This document shows, one piece after another, positions 41,901 to 54,007 of a stretch of DNA of 64,000 bases. This DNA is from the human T2T-CHM13v2.0 reference genome, Homo sapiens. The stretch's first letter is position 1, and every line of letters begins with the position of its first letter. The stretch lies in the NCBI RefSeq assembly GCF_009914755.1, contig NC_060928.1; one strand, written 5' to 3'. The translations under genes and the position numbers were made by a program. The notes beneath the pieces are model-generated. The model had not been told where the DNA came from and did not search any database. It saw nothing but the letters and a program-made list of their open reading frames with translations.

Positions 41901-44127
41901 CTTCTATCTGTTACTAAAGGGGGCTCACGTGGCATCAACAAGGAAACACAGTTAGTCCTTCTATCTGTTACTAAAGCGAGCTCACGCGACATCAACAAGG
42001 AAACACACTTAGTCCTTCTATCTGTTACTAAAGGGAGCTCACGTGGCATCAACAAGGAAACACAGTTAGTCCTTCTATCTGTTACTAAAGCGAGCTCACG
42101 TGACATCAGCAAGGAAACACACTTAGTCCTTCTATCTGTTACTAAAACGAGCTCACCCGACATCAACAAGGAAACATAGTCCTTCTATCTGTTACTAAAG
42201 GGGGCTCAGGCAACATCAACAAGGAAACACAGTTAGTCCTTCTATCTGTTACTAAAGGGGGCTCACGTGACATCAACAAGGAAACACACTTAGTCCTTCT
42301 ATCTGTTACTGAAGGGAGCTCACGCGGCATCAACAAGGAAACACACTTAGTCCTTCTATCTGTTACTAAAGGGAGCTCACGTGACATCAGCAAGGAAACA
42401 CACTTAGTCCTTCTATCTGTTACTAAAGCGAGCTCACGCGACATCAAAAAGGAAGCACAATCCTTCTATCTGTTACTAAAGGGAGCTCACGCAACATCAA
42501 CAAGGAAACAAAGTTAGTCCTTCTATCTGTTAATAAAGGGTGCTCACGTGACATCAAGAAGGAAACACAGTTAGTCCTTCTATCTGTTACTAAAGCGAGC
42601 TCACATGACATCAACAAGGAAACACAGTCCTTCTATCTGTTACTAAAGGGGGCTCACGTGGCATCAACAAGGAAACACAGTTAGTCCTTCTATCTGTTAC
42701 TAAAGCGAGCTCACGCGACATCAACAAGGAAACACACTTAGTCCTTCTATCTGTTACTAAAGGGAGCTCACGTGGCATCAACAAGGAAACACAGTTAGTC
42801 CTTCTATCTGTTACTAAAGCGAGCTCACGTGACATCAGCAAGGAAACACACTTAGTCCTTCTATCTGTTACTAAAACGAGCTCACCCGACATCAACAAGG
42901 AAACATAGTCCTTCTATCTGTTACTAAAGGGGGCTCAGGCAACATCAACAAGGAAACACACTTAGACCTTCTATCTGTTACTAAAGCGAGCTCACGTGAC
43001 ATCAACAAGGAAACACACTTAGTCCTTCTATCTGTTACTAAATCGAGCTCACGCGACATCAACAAGGAAACACAGTCCTTCTTTCTGTTACTAAAGGGGG
43101 CTCACGTGACATCAACAAGGAAACACACTTAGTCCTTCTATCTGTTACTAAAGCGAGCTCATGTGACATCAACAAGGAAACACACTTAGTCCTTCTATCT
43201 GTTACTAAAGTGAGCTCACGCGACATCAACAAGGAAACACAGTCCTTCTATCTGTTACTAAAGGGGGCTCACGTGACATCAACAAGGATACACACTTAGT
43301 CCTTCTGTTACTAAAGCGAGCTCATGCGACATCAACAAGGAAACACAGTCCTTCTATCTGTTACTAACGCGAACTCACGTGATATCAACAAGGAAACACA
43401 CTTAGTCCTTCTATCTGTTACTAAAGCGAGCTCACGCGACATCAGCAAGGAAACACAGTCCTTCTATCTGTTACTAAAGGGGGCTCATGTGACATCAACA
43501 AGGAAACACACTTAGTCCTATCTGTTACTAAAGCGAGCTCATGTGACATCAACAAGGAAACACACTTAGTCCTTCTATCTGTTACTAAAGCGAGCTCACG
43601 CGATATCAACAAGGAAACACAGTCCTTCTATCTGTTACTAAAGGGGGCTCACGTGACATGAACAAGGAAACACACTTAGTCCTTCTATCTGTTACTAAAG
43701 GGAGCTCACGTGACATCAGCAAGAAAACACAGTCCTTCTATCTGTTACTAAAGGTAGCTCACGTGACATCAGCAAGGAAACACAGTCCTTCTATCTGTTA
43801 CTAAAGGGAGCTCACGTGACATCAGCAAGGAAACACAGTCCTTCTGTCTGTTACTAAAGGGAGCTCACGCGACATCAACAAGGAAACACAGTCCTTCTAT
43901 CTGTTACTAAAGGGAGCTCATGTGACATCAGCAAGTAAACACACTTAGTCCTTCTGTCTGTTACTAAAGGGAGCTCACGTGACATCAGCAAGGAAACACA
44001 GTCCTTCTATCTGTTACTAAAGGGAGCTCACGCGACATCAACAAGGAAACACAGTCCTTCTATCCGTTACTAAAGCGAGGTCACGTGACATCAACAAGGA
44101 AACATACAGTTAGTCCTTTGTATCTGT
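38933..44127. repeat. Large minisatellite (VNTR), 57-bp unit with 53-bp variants, ~92 copies
   Basis: Unit ACACTTAGTCCTTCTATCTGTTACTAAAGGGAGCTCACGTGACATCAACAAGGAAAC; 19-aa periodicity in the minus-strand ORFs confirms 57 bp. Confidence 0.98.
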
Positions 44128-44442
44128 GATTTGTGCATGTGCTGATTCAAGCAACCACGAGTCAAAAATATTTGCAAAAAAAGCCCTTTAAACTGTATTG
44201 AACATATACAAAGTTTTTCTTTTTATTATTCTCTAAATGACACAGCGTAACAACGATTTGCATAGCATTTACATTGTAGTAGGTGTTACCAGTAATCTAG
44301 AGATGATTTAAAGTATAGGGAGAATGTGCATAGTCTACGCTGAATACTACACAACTGCATATCAGGGACTTGAGCGTCTAGGGATTCTGGTATCTGGGGG
44401 AGGTCCTGGATCCAATTTCTCATGAATATCGACAGATGACTG
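44107..44442 (-). mobile_element. MER2 (TcMar-Tigger MITE)
   Basis: TA|CAGTTAGTCCTTTGTATCTGTG ... GAATATCGACAGATGACTG|TA with TA target duplications; internal gtaatctagagatgatttaaagtata as in MER2. Confidence 0.85.
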
Positions 44443-44559
44443 TATGTTGTATCTTGATGCAATGAATAAACAAAGCAGATAACAGTAACTGACATGGGGT
44501 AGAAGGTGAGGGGAAATGAAGGGGTTGCTATTTATATGTTTACATGGGATGAACAGGGC

Positions 44560-45002
44560 AGACCCCACAGAGGGGATATTTAACAGAAGCTAAACGTACG
44601 AGAAGCAGTCCTGAGAACTGTAGACCAAGAGAGCTCGTGGTGGCCCTGGGAAGGGGCTTGTCAGATCTCGTGGCCCCTAGGGGCTGGTGACTGTTAGCGG
44701 CTGGCCAACAGCCAGCTGCCGCCCTGAAATCTACCACTGTCAGCCGGTAACCCACCATGGTGGAGTATAAAGGCAGGCCTGCTGCGAGGAGATGAAAGAC
44801 TCCTCTGCTGGGCAGCCTGGGCTGGAGGGTTCTACTACCAGCCTTGCCAAAAGTTTCTCAGAATTGCACTGCATTTTAAGACTTTGCCTGCCCAGCCCCC
44901 TGCAGCCCCTTCTCATTTTCCTCCACATGCACTTCTCCCAAATAATCTCTTGAGTGGCAAATACCATTCCGGTGTTTGCTGCTCCAAGAGCCCAGATGTA
45001 CA
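44560..45002 (+). mobile_element. LTR16-like (ERVL) LTR
   Basis: ctcagaattgcactgca...ctcccaaataatctcttg...gtttgctgctccaagagcccagatgtaca resembles an LTR16 3' end. Confidence 0.5.
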
Positions 45003-46734
45003 CAGTGTTCCAAGAGAGGCTGCACAAATACAGTGGCCCCGAGGAGCTTGGCATTTTCGAGGAGCATCAAGGAGGCCAGCGTGGCGTTCATGGAAAGGAC
45101 AGAGGGAGAGTGGGAGATGAGGTCAGAAATGTACTTGAAGTCCTTGCCGAAGAAAAATCGTTGACTTGCTTATTATAAAACCCTTTTTGTTAAGGAAGAA
45201 ATAAAAACTGTTAACCAATGGCATCTGTATCCATTACAGAATTTAAAGGCAGGGTATCATACAGCCAGTACCTTACAGTCTTCCCATTAGCAGCATTCAA
45301 CACATCTGTCCAGGTAGTAAACCTAAGTGGCCCAGCTCTGGGCCATTAAATTTTGATGTAACCCATTAAGGAAACTTACGGCCTTAGTTCAAAGGGCTGT
45401 TGCCATTGTGTCTGTGAGAGCAGTGCTGCAGAGTGCATTTTATGCAAATCTCATAGATTTTAATGAGTGCTCCTGCTTAATAAGCTAGTTAGACCATTTG
45501 GGCATTTACTTGAGAGTGACCACAAATGCCTTTTTCTGAAACCATTTTACAGTGCTAACATTTCACTGAAATAGCACTTAACACGGAGCCAGGCACACAG
45601 TGAGCACTAAGAGTGTTACGTGACTGATGACAGGGATGAAGAACAGGAGTCTTACCAGGTGTGTCAGTCTCGATGCTCCTGAATGACCCAGACAAAAAGG
45701 GACTAGAAACTTTCTTTTCAGGAGTTTGTGGCTTAGATCCCTGTTTCACCACAAAGCATGAGCTTGACACAGCCTGGACTTGACAGCACTTTCCACAGGG
45801 CACTTAAAAATACTTGTACCTCCTCTCTTTTACCTCCATAAACCATGACAGGTCTTTGCTCAGCCTCTGATAAGCAAAAGATTAGAAAATCCCTTTAAAC
45901 TTCAGAAACAGAGCAATGCTCAGTCAGGCGATAAAAGCTGCAGAAATTGGTCTTGAATATTATCACTGTGTATCAACTGAAGTCAGATGAAGAGCTCCAC
46001 ATTCATCCAAAGTTCTTTTCATACTAATTAGATGCTCTTCAAAGGTGTAATTACCATTTAAAAATGACTTTGGAGTGCAGGATACACAATAGATTTTTAA
46101 TGTCTTTTAATTTATTTCGATGTTTCTCATATTTCATTAGTACGTTCTTATTTTACCAATGAGTCACAGGACTTTCAAGGACTTTTCCCTCTCCCACAGT
46201 TAAAATGCTAAGCAGAAGCTAAGCTCACGTGAAAAACTTGTCTCAATAACCAGAGAAAGACTATACTAATTACAATTTGGATTGTGTGGATTATCAATTT
46301 GTCCGATACTCCGTTTGCCTCCACCTTGAGGAGAGAACTATTTCCAGCCCCAGAGTCAAGCTGCCTCATTGCACGGAAGAGGGAGTAAAATAAGAAGCCT
46401 GGTGATGTGCTTATTGTCACAATTTGTGGTACAGCTGACACTTAGACTACATCTGCCCTTGAAGCTCAACTTCTTTGCCCTACTCCTGTGGTGTTTCTTG
46501 GCATCTGGTATCATTTCAAAAGGATAAGAATGGCATAGAGAAGGTTTCTCATTGCTAAGCATGGAGTAGGAATATTTTAGTGAAATGTGTAAGTTTTGGG
46601 GCGGAAGTAAAAACACCCCATCTGCTCTTCCACACTTGGAGAGAGCTGCACACAAAGCAGCAACTTGGCTCTGGGCGGCAGCTGGCTGAGGTCTCATGGT
46701 CTGGAGGACAGCCCCTGGCTTTCACATCGTCCGT

Positions 46735-46920
46735 GTCTTGCCATTTCTCTTTGGATAAGGCACAAATGTCTGAAGATATCCTCCAGGCCCGAGGACCTGC
46801 TCCTATTCTATCCAGTCTCGTCTTTCATGAGCCACTGTGCTTCAGCCACTGCTTTTCCTTCCACCCCTTTGTCTTTCCTTTTTCCCAGGTATAAGGCCTT
46901 TGCACTTTCTAAACCCTCTC
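46735..46920 (+). mobile_element. L2 fragment, the continuation of 18160-18504, cut at the right inversion breakpoint
   Basis: Reverse complement begins gagagggtttagaaagtgcaaaggcc, which continues the L2 motif gttccaggcagagggaacagcaagtgcaaaggcc broken at 18504. Confidence 0.65.
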
Positions 46921-47542
46921 CTGCGTCTAGTGGGGACTTGGAGAATCTTTGTGTCTCCCTAAGGGATTGTGGATGTACCAATCAGCAACCTGTGTCTAGC
47001 TCAAGGTTTGTAAATGCACCAATCAGTGCTTTGTGTCTAGCTAACCTAGTGGGGACTTGGAGAACTTTTGTGTCTAGCTCAGGGATTGTAAATGCACCAA
47101 TCAGCACCCTGTCAAAATGGACCAATCAGCTCTCTGTAAAATAGACAAATCAGCTCTCTGTAAAATGGACCAATCAGCAAGGTGTAGGTGGGGCCAGATA
47201 AGGGAATAAAAGTAGGCTGTCTGAGCCAGCAGTGGTAACCTGCTAGGGTCCCCTTCTGCACTGTGGAAGCTTTGTTGTTTTGCTCTTTGCAATAAATCTT
47301 GTTTCTGCTCACTCTTTGGGTCCACATTGCCTTTATGAGCTCTAACACTCATCGCGAAGGTCTACAGCTTCATTCCTGAGCCAGCCAGACCACGAACCCA
47401 CCAGGAGGAATGAGCAACTCCAGACAAGAGGAAGGAGCAAACTCCGGACACACCGCCTTTAAGAACTGTAACGCTCACTGCGAGGGTCCGTGGCTTCATT
47501 CTTGGAGTCAGTGAGACCAAGAACTCACCAATTCCTGACACA
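46921..47542 (+). mobile_element. 3' half (CCAAT promoter, R/U5) of an LTR12/ERV9 LTR
   Basis: Starts ctgcgtctagtggggacttggagaa; multiple ccaatcag boxes; ends at the LTR terminus gaactcaccaattcctgacaca. Confidence 0.92.
47090..47215 (+). promoter_or_regulatory. LTR12 promoter core (CCAAT boxes, GATA, TATA-like AATAAAA)
   Basis: ccaatcag repeats, agataa at 47196-47201, aataaaa at 47205-47211; matches known ERV9 LTR promoter layout; activity not shown. Confidence 0.55.
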
Positions 47543-48364
47543 AAGAGAGGCCTAAGAAACCATCTAGGCCAATGCTATGGTTTTGGAGTTCAGGACATTG
47601 TGGCTTAGAGACAATAATGGATCTGCCTAAAATCACAACACAAACTAGTACCAGTTCTTGAATGAAAATGTAGGTCTTCTGATTCCTAGCCAAATGCTTT
47701 TTATAAGAATGAAAATTTTGTGTCCTTGGAAGGCCTAAGGCATTTTCCCAGAGTAACTTAGAAGAGTCGGGCTCCATGAATAATTTAGTAATATAGAAAT
47801 AAGATTTTTTAAAATGTCTAAAATTGACTGCATGACCCTGGATATAAAGTATAAAAGCAGAAGACAGATGTGATGTGAGGCTGGCAACAAGTCGTGCCAT
47901 GCTCTATGTACCCACACTAAAAGACAATATCCTTTCCACCTTACATACTTTATGGCAGTATAAGCATGTTAAGTATGCAAATCCTACAATGCTGGCAACA
48001 TTTCAAGACTAGTTGTGTCACGGTGTTCATAAGCCTGGGAGCTCACTAAGCTACAGAGCTCTTAAAACGTAGAAGTAGAAGAGGTAGAAAAAAAAAAGGA
48101 ATCACACTCCTTATTACTGTAAACCAAAGAAAAAATATTTACATTTTCAGCATTCTGTTGGGTAGGAAAAAAGCTTTTCCTATCCCATCTTACATGTTGT
48201 GCTGGAGCCTGTGAATTAAATTGAAAAAACAACAGCAACAAAAATTAACAAGAGGCAAAAGCACACACATGTAATTGATGTTTTCATGTTACATGCGTGC
48301 TGGCTACACATAAGATAAGTGAAAAACTCAAAACACTGGTTAGACTCAGGGGCTTATAAACGAT

Positions 48365-48809
48365 GTGTGTAATTCTGGAATAGATCCTACTGACCTTGAA
48401 GCAGGCCCAATACTCCCACAGCGTGTTCTTTTGTATAAACATAGACATTGACTCTTCCGCTCTTAAAGCTTGAAACTTGTATTTGTTTCATCTGAGTTCT
48501 TTCCTCAGGAAAGGACCTTCAGGCCTCTCCAAAAAAAAAAAAAAAAGCATTAAAGAACTGAAACTCACCAGATGAGACCTCCTTGTTCCTCCCTAGTTCG
48601 TGTTTCCTACACATTGTTACATTTCTTGCCTGTTGTATAAAACCCCATTTTTAGTCAGTCAGGGCGATGGATTTGAGGCTGAGCTCCCATCTCCTCAGCT
48701 GCAGCACCAGATGAAAGCTTCTTCCCTGGAAACACTCACCATCTCAGTGATTGGCTTTCTGTGCAGTGAGCAGCAGGACTTAGACCAAACCCATGGTGTT
48801 TTGGTAACA
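48365..48809 (+). mobile_element. MER66-like ERV1 LTR
   Basis: Ends gcagcaggacttagaccaaacccatggtgttttggtaaca; internal poly(A) run; TATA-like gtataaaa ~48635. Confidence 0.55.
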
Positions 48810-48989
48810 ACCTCACCAAAATAGATGGGCACACACACAAGCCTTTAAAGATACAAAGTTAAACGGATAGTATGGATCATTCAGTATAGAGGAAACAGCA
48901 TAGCAAATGTATAGAGACGGAAAATTACTAGATATGTTCCAGGAGCAACATGCAAATTCCACTGCCAGTTTTGGCTGTGAGGTCAAACA

Positions 48990-49550
48990 GATCTGATCTG
49001 AATGTTTGCATTCCTCCAAAATTCATACATTGAAACCTAATTCCCAATGCAATAACATTAAGAGGTGGGGTCTCTAGGAGGTGACCAGGTCATAAGGGTG
49101 GACCCTTCATGAATGGGTTTAGTACCCTTATAAAAATGTCTGAGAGAGCTTGCTTGTTTCTTCTGCCATATGAGGACATAGAGAAAACTCCATCTATGAT
49201 GAATGGGCCCTCAGCAGGCACCGAGTCCACTGCTGCCATATGAGGACATACAGAAGACTCCATCCATGATGCATGGGCCCTCAGCAGGCACCAATTCTAC
49301 TGCCGCCATATGAGGACATACAGAAGACTCCATCCATGAATTGGCTCTCAGCAGGCACCGAGTCTACTGCTGCCATATGAGGACATACAGAAGAATCCAT
49401 CCATGATGCATGGGCCCTCAGCAGGCACCGATTCTACTGCTGCCTTGAGCTTGGACCTCTGGCCTCCAGAACTACTAGCAATACATTTCTGTTGTTTTAT
49501 AAATTACCTAGTCTAAGGTACATTGCAGCAGAAATGGACTGAGAGAGACA
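48990..49550 (+). mobile_element. MLT1A-type MaLR LTR with an internal ~70-bp tandem amplification (4 copies, ~49164-49444)
   Basis: tgaatgtttgcattcctccaaaattcata...ggcctccagaact...aaatggactgaga; internal unit tgccatatgaggacatacagaagactccatccatgatgcatgggccctcagcaggcaccgagtccactgc. Confidence 0.8.
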
Positions 49551-49639
49551 TCTTTCAGAGAATTACCTCTGTTTGTTTGTCTGTTTCTGTTTTGTAAAAC
49601 TGGAAGAAGAATAGAACTTACAGTTCTGTGGTATAAGAT

Positions 49640-51176
49640 TGTGTCCAGAATTGGTGGGTTCTTGGTCTCACTGACTTCAAGAATGAAGCTACAGACCCTC
49701 AAGGTGAGTGTTACAGTTCTTAAAGGCGGCGTGTCTGGAGTCTGTTCCTTCTGATGTTCAGATGTGTTGGGAGTTTCTTCCTTCTGGTGGGTTTGTGGTC
49801 TTGCTGGCTCAGGAGTGAAGCTGCAGACCTTCGCGGTGAGTGTTACAGCTCTTGGGGCAGTGTGTCTAGAGTTGTTCGTTCCTCCTGGTGGGCTCCTGGT
49901 ATCGCTGGCTTCAGGAGTGAAGCTGCAGACCTTCACGGTGAGTGTTACAGCTCATAAAGGTAGTGTGGACCCAAAGAGTGAGCAGTAGCAAGCTTTATTG
50001 CAAAGAGCAAAAGAACAAAGCTTCCACAGTGTGGAAGGGGACCCCAGCAGATTGAAGCTTCTGGCTCGGGTAGCCTGCTTTTATTCTCTTATCTGGCCCC
50101 ACCCACATCCTGCTGATTGGTCCATTTTACAGAGAGCCGATTGGTCTGTTTCACAAAAAGCTGATTGGTCAGTTTTGACAGGGTGCTGATTGGTTCGTTT
50201 ACAATCCCTGAGCTAGACACAAAAGTTCTCCACATCCCCACTAGATTAGCTAGATAGAGTGTCGATTGGTGTATTTACAAACCCTGAGCTAGACAGAGTG
50301 CTGATTGGTGCATTTACAAACCTTGAGCTAGATACAGCGTGTCAATTGTTGCATTCACAATCCCTTAGCTAGACATAAAGGTTCTCCAAGTCCTCACCAG
50401 ATTAACTAGATACAGAGTGCTGATTGGTGCATTCACAAACCCTGAGCTAGACGCAGGGTGCTGATTGGTGTGTTTACAAACCTTGAGCTAGATACAGAGT
50501 GCTGATTGGTGTATTTACAATCACTTAGCTAGACATAAAGATTCTCCAAGTCCCCACCAGACTCAGGAGCACAGCTGGCTTCACCCAGTGGATCCTGCAC
50601 CAGGGCCGCAGGTGGAGCTGCCCGCCACTTCCGCACTATGAGCCCGCACTCCTCAGCCCTTGGGCGGTCGATGGGACTAGGCACAGCCCTGGAGCAGGGA
50701 GGGCCCCTTGTCGGGGAGGCTCAGGCTGCACAGGAGCCCATGTGGGGGTGCGGCGGGGGAGGCAGGCTCAGGCATGGTGGGCTGCAGGTCCCAAGCCCTG
50801 CCCTGCCGGAGGCAGCTAAGGCCCAGCAAGAAGTCGAGCACAACAGCTGGTGGCCCAGGTGCTAAGCCCACTGCCCGGGGCTTGTGGGCAGGCTGGTGGC
50901 TCTGAGTGCGGGGCTCGCCGAGCCCACGCCCACCGGGAACTCGTGCTGGCCCTCAAGCACCGTGAACAGCCCCGGTTCCCGCCTGTGTCTGTCCCTCCAC
51001 ACCTCCCTGCAAGCTGAGGGAGCCGGCTCCAGCCTTGGCCAGCCCAGAAAGAAGCTCCCACAGTGCAGTGGCGGGCTGAAGGGCTCCTCAAGCATGGCCA
51101 GAGTGGGCGCCAAGGCTGAGGAGGCACAGAGAGCGAGCCAGGGCTGCGAGGGCTGCCAGCACGCTGTCACCTCTCA
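49640..51176 (-). mobile_element. Intact solo LTR12C-like (ERV9) LTR inserted in a MIR
   Basis: Termini tgtgtccagaattggtgggttc / gctgtcacctctca; perfect TSD AGAT; array of ctgattgg boxes at 50110-50520; MIR-like text on both flanks. Confidence 0.96.
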
Positions 51177-53573
51177 AGATAAAATGAAATAAATGGATAT
51201 GAAGTTCTCAGCACAGTGCCTAGAAAACAATAAGATCAGCAAATGTTAGCAACCATAATAATAATTATCATTAGTTGCTGCAGTAGAGAGTTTATGTAGA
51301 AAACTAGAAGGATGTAGGCTAGTAAATGGTCAGGTCCTATCAGAAAACCATCCATTATAATGTGTGATATCAAATCTACTGTATCTCAAGTATAAGTTCA
51401 AAAAATGTTCAGAAGTCAAGCTCTTTCAAGAAAGGTCAATAACACCTATCATTGGCTCATCATCATGGTCCTTCAATCAGCTCTCTCCTCATTAGGAAAT
51501 TTGCTATCTGTGAGAAAAGGAGTCTCCTTAATGGGAAAACGTGCTTTGGATTTCCGCTTGATGGGAGGCACTGAATACTAGTGAATTTTGCTTTGTGGCA
51601 ATTAAATTGAAAGGTCAAAATATGCTAGTTTGGATTCATTTCTAACGTGGCAGATAACTACCAAAATTGCAACTATCACTAAAGCACTTTGATGTACATA
51701 TGCAACAAAGGCAGAAAACTGCTCTGAATGTCTCCTAAATCAAATATGTCTCTTGTGTATCTTACAAGTAAAAATATCGTTTTAAGCGTTTCTTTAATGT
51801 GGAAAATTTTGCTAAGAAACAAGAGATGCCCACTAGTTTGATTTGCAGTTACATCCACTTTCATCAGCTGTTATGGTTACTGATAATTCTTGGCAAGAGT
51901 GTTTAACTCATATGATGTAATATTCAGCTTTTTAGTAAAGTTATTCTTTATATGCCTTATCCCAAATCCCAGCATACACTCTCTTCAGAGGCCATGTTTT
52001 GTGTTTGTCTCCATGCCAAAAGTAGTCATAATGGAATTCAATGCACATAGACGAAAGCTGGTTGAATAAATTGCACCTATAACCAAGAAGATCAAACATG
52101 CTTCCTAGTCTACAGGGTATTTTGCACGTAATATTGGAAGAGAGACTGTGGAGTATCTGACACATTGATATAACCTCCAGTTGCTAGATGCCTAGTAACT
52201 CCGTGCACGAAAAGAGTGTTTCAAGAGATTCTTTCATAAACAGAAGTTGCACAAAATGACCACAGGTCGCTCGAAACCCTAAATATCTATGATATTCTAC
52301 CAATGCTATATTCACAAACGTGTCTTAACGGTTCTCACCGGATTCTATTTTACTCACTTTTGAAAGGTCACCTAATTTTTTAAAGTGAGCTAATTACTGT
52401 AGTGAGTAAAATAGTCTTGAATGATTGCAGGTGGCAATACTATCCTATTACCCTTCTAAAGGCTAAGGTGACACCAATTAAATTAAGGGTGACTGATAAT
52501 TCTTTTTTATTACTACACCTGTATTCATATTTATATACTTTTCATTAATGCTCCTGGAGTCAGTTAAAAGATAAAGGGGAACTAAACTCAGCTCATTAAT
52601 AAAATTTAAAAGTTGGTTTCCAGACTCTATATGCTGATTACTCTCTGCCACCACGAAGGCATTTTAAAGCAGCACAGATGAGCACATAAGCAACGAAAAC
52701 AGACTTTCCACAAATAAACCTTGAAAAAGAAAAAAAAAGGCAAGATAAACAAGATCAGCAGGCCAGCAGTCTTGTCAATTCTTCACTGTCCCAGTGGTAC
52801 TTTCAACTCATTAATGTTGGCTGCTGTGTTCTCAGGTGACTTGCTGGTATAAATGCCTCATTGTCTGGTAACCAAAGGGAACAGCATTTTATTGCCAGTA
52901 ACCTGATAAAGAATTTTGAAAACAAGAGACACAGCAGATAATGAGCGTTTTGCATGGGCCCTCTACACTCTATAACCATTCAAGCTTTCCGAGCAGAAAG
53001 ACATGACCTTTTCAGTCCTTGTGCCTTCTACACTGTGCAGTGCTAGTCGGTGCCGGGATGAAGCTGACAGAATCCTCCCAAGTGGCTCCAAGCACAAATG
53101 AGGTCATCACAATGGAAAGCACTAATCCGACTCATTGTACTTACTCTAAACACATGAGCACTAACAAGTTTCCTCTACTTAAATGTTGCTTTTGTGTGTA
53201 TGTGTCTGTGTTTGTCTGTCATTTAAAGGTATGACCAGATGCTACCTTGCAGCCTTTTCCTGGTAAACTCTTGGTCATTTTCAACATTTTCCTGACATTC
53301 CAGCTGAATAGTTATCATCACTTCAATTTTTAATACAATAATTTAAAGCATTCTATGATTCCAGTTTTCAAAAGGTACAACACACATAAGTACTTCCCTT
53401 AAGATGCTGATAACTAGTGAAAACACTATAGTGATAATTCTCTACTAAACAGCAAAATAAAGGCTAAAATGTTATTGATGCTTTCGCATTCTGTAGAGAA
53501 AGTGATTTTTCATAGCGTTATTGACTGCATTTCATCTGTTTTGCATATTGTTAATGAACCTTGTTCTCTTTAA

Positions 53574-54007
<434 letters not shown>

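Noticed and set aside
38933-44127. CRISPR-like array, or repeat protein from the ELPLVTDRRTKCVSLLMSR ORFs
   Set aside because: Units are contiguous with no unique spacers and there are no cas genes. The ORFs arise because 57 is divisible by 3, and they are broken by the 53-bp variants.
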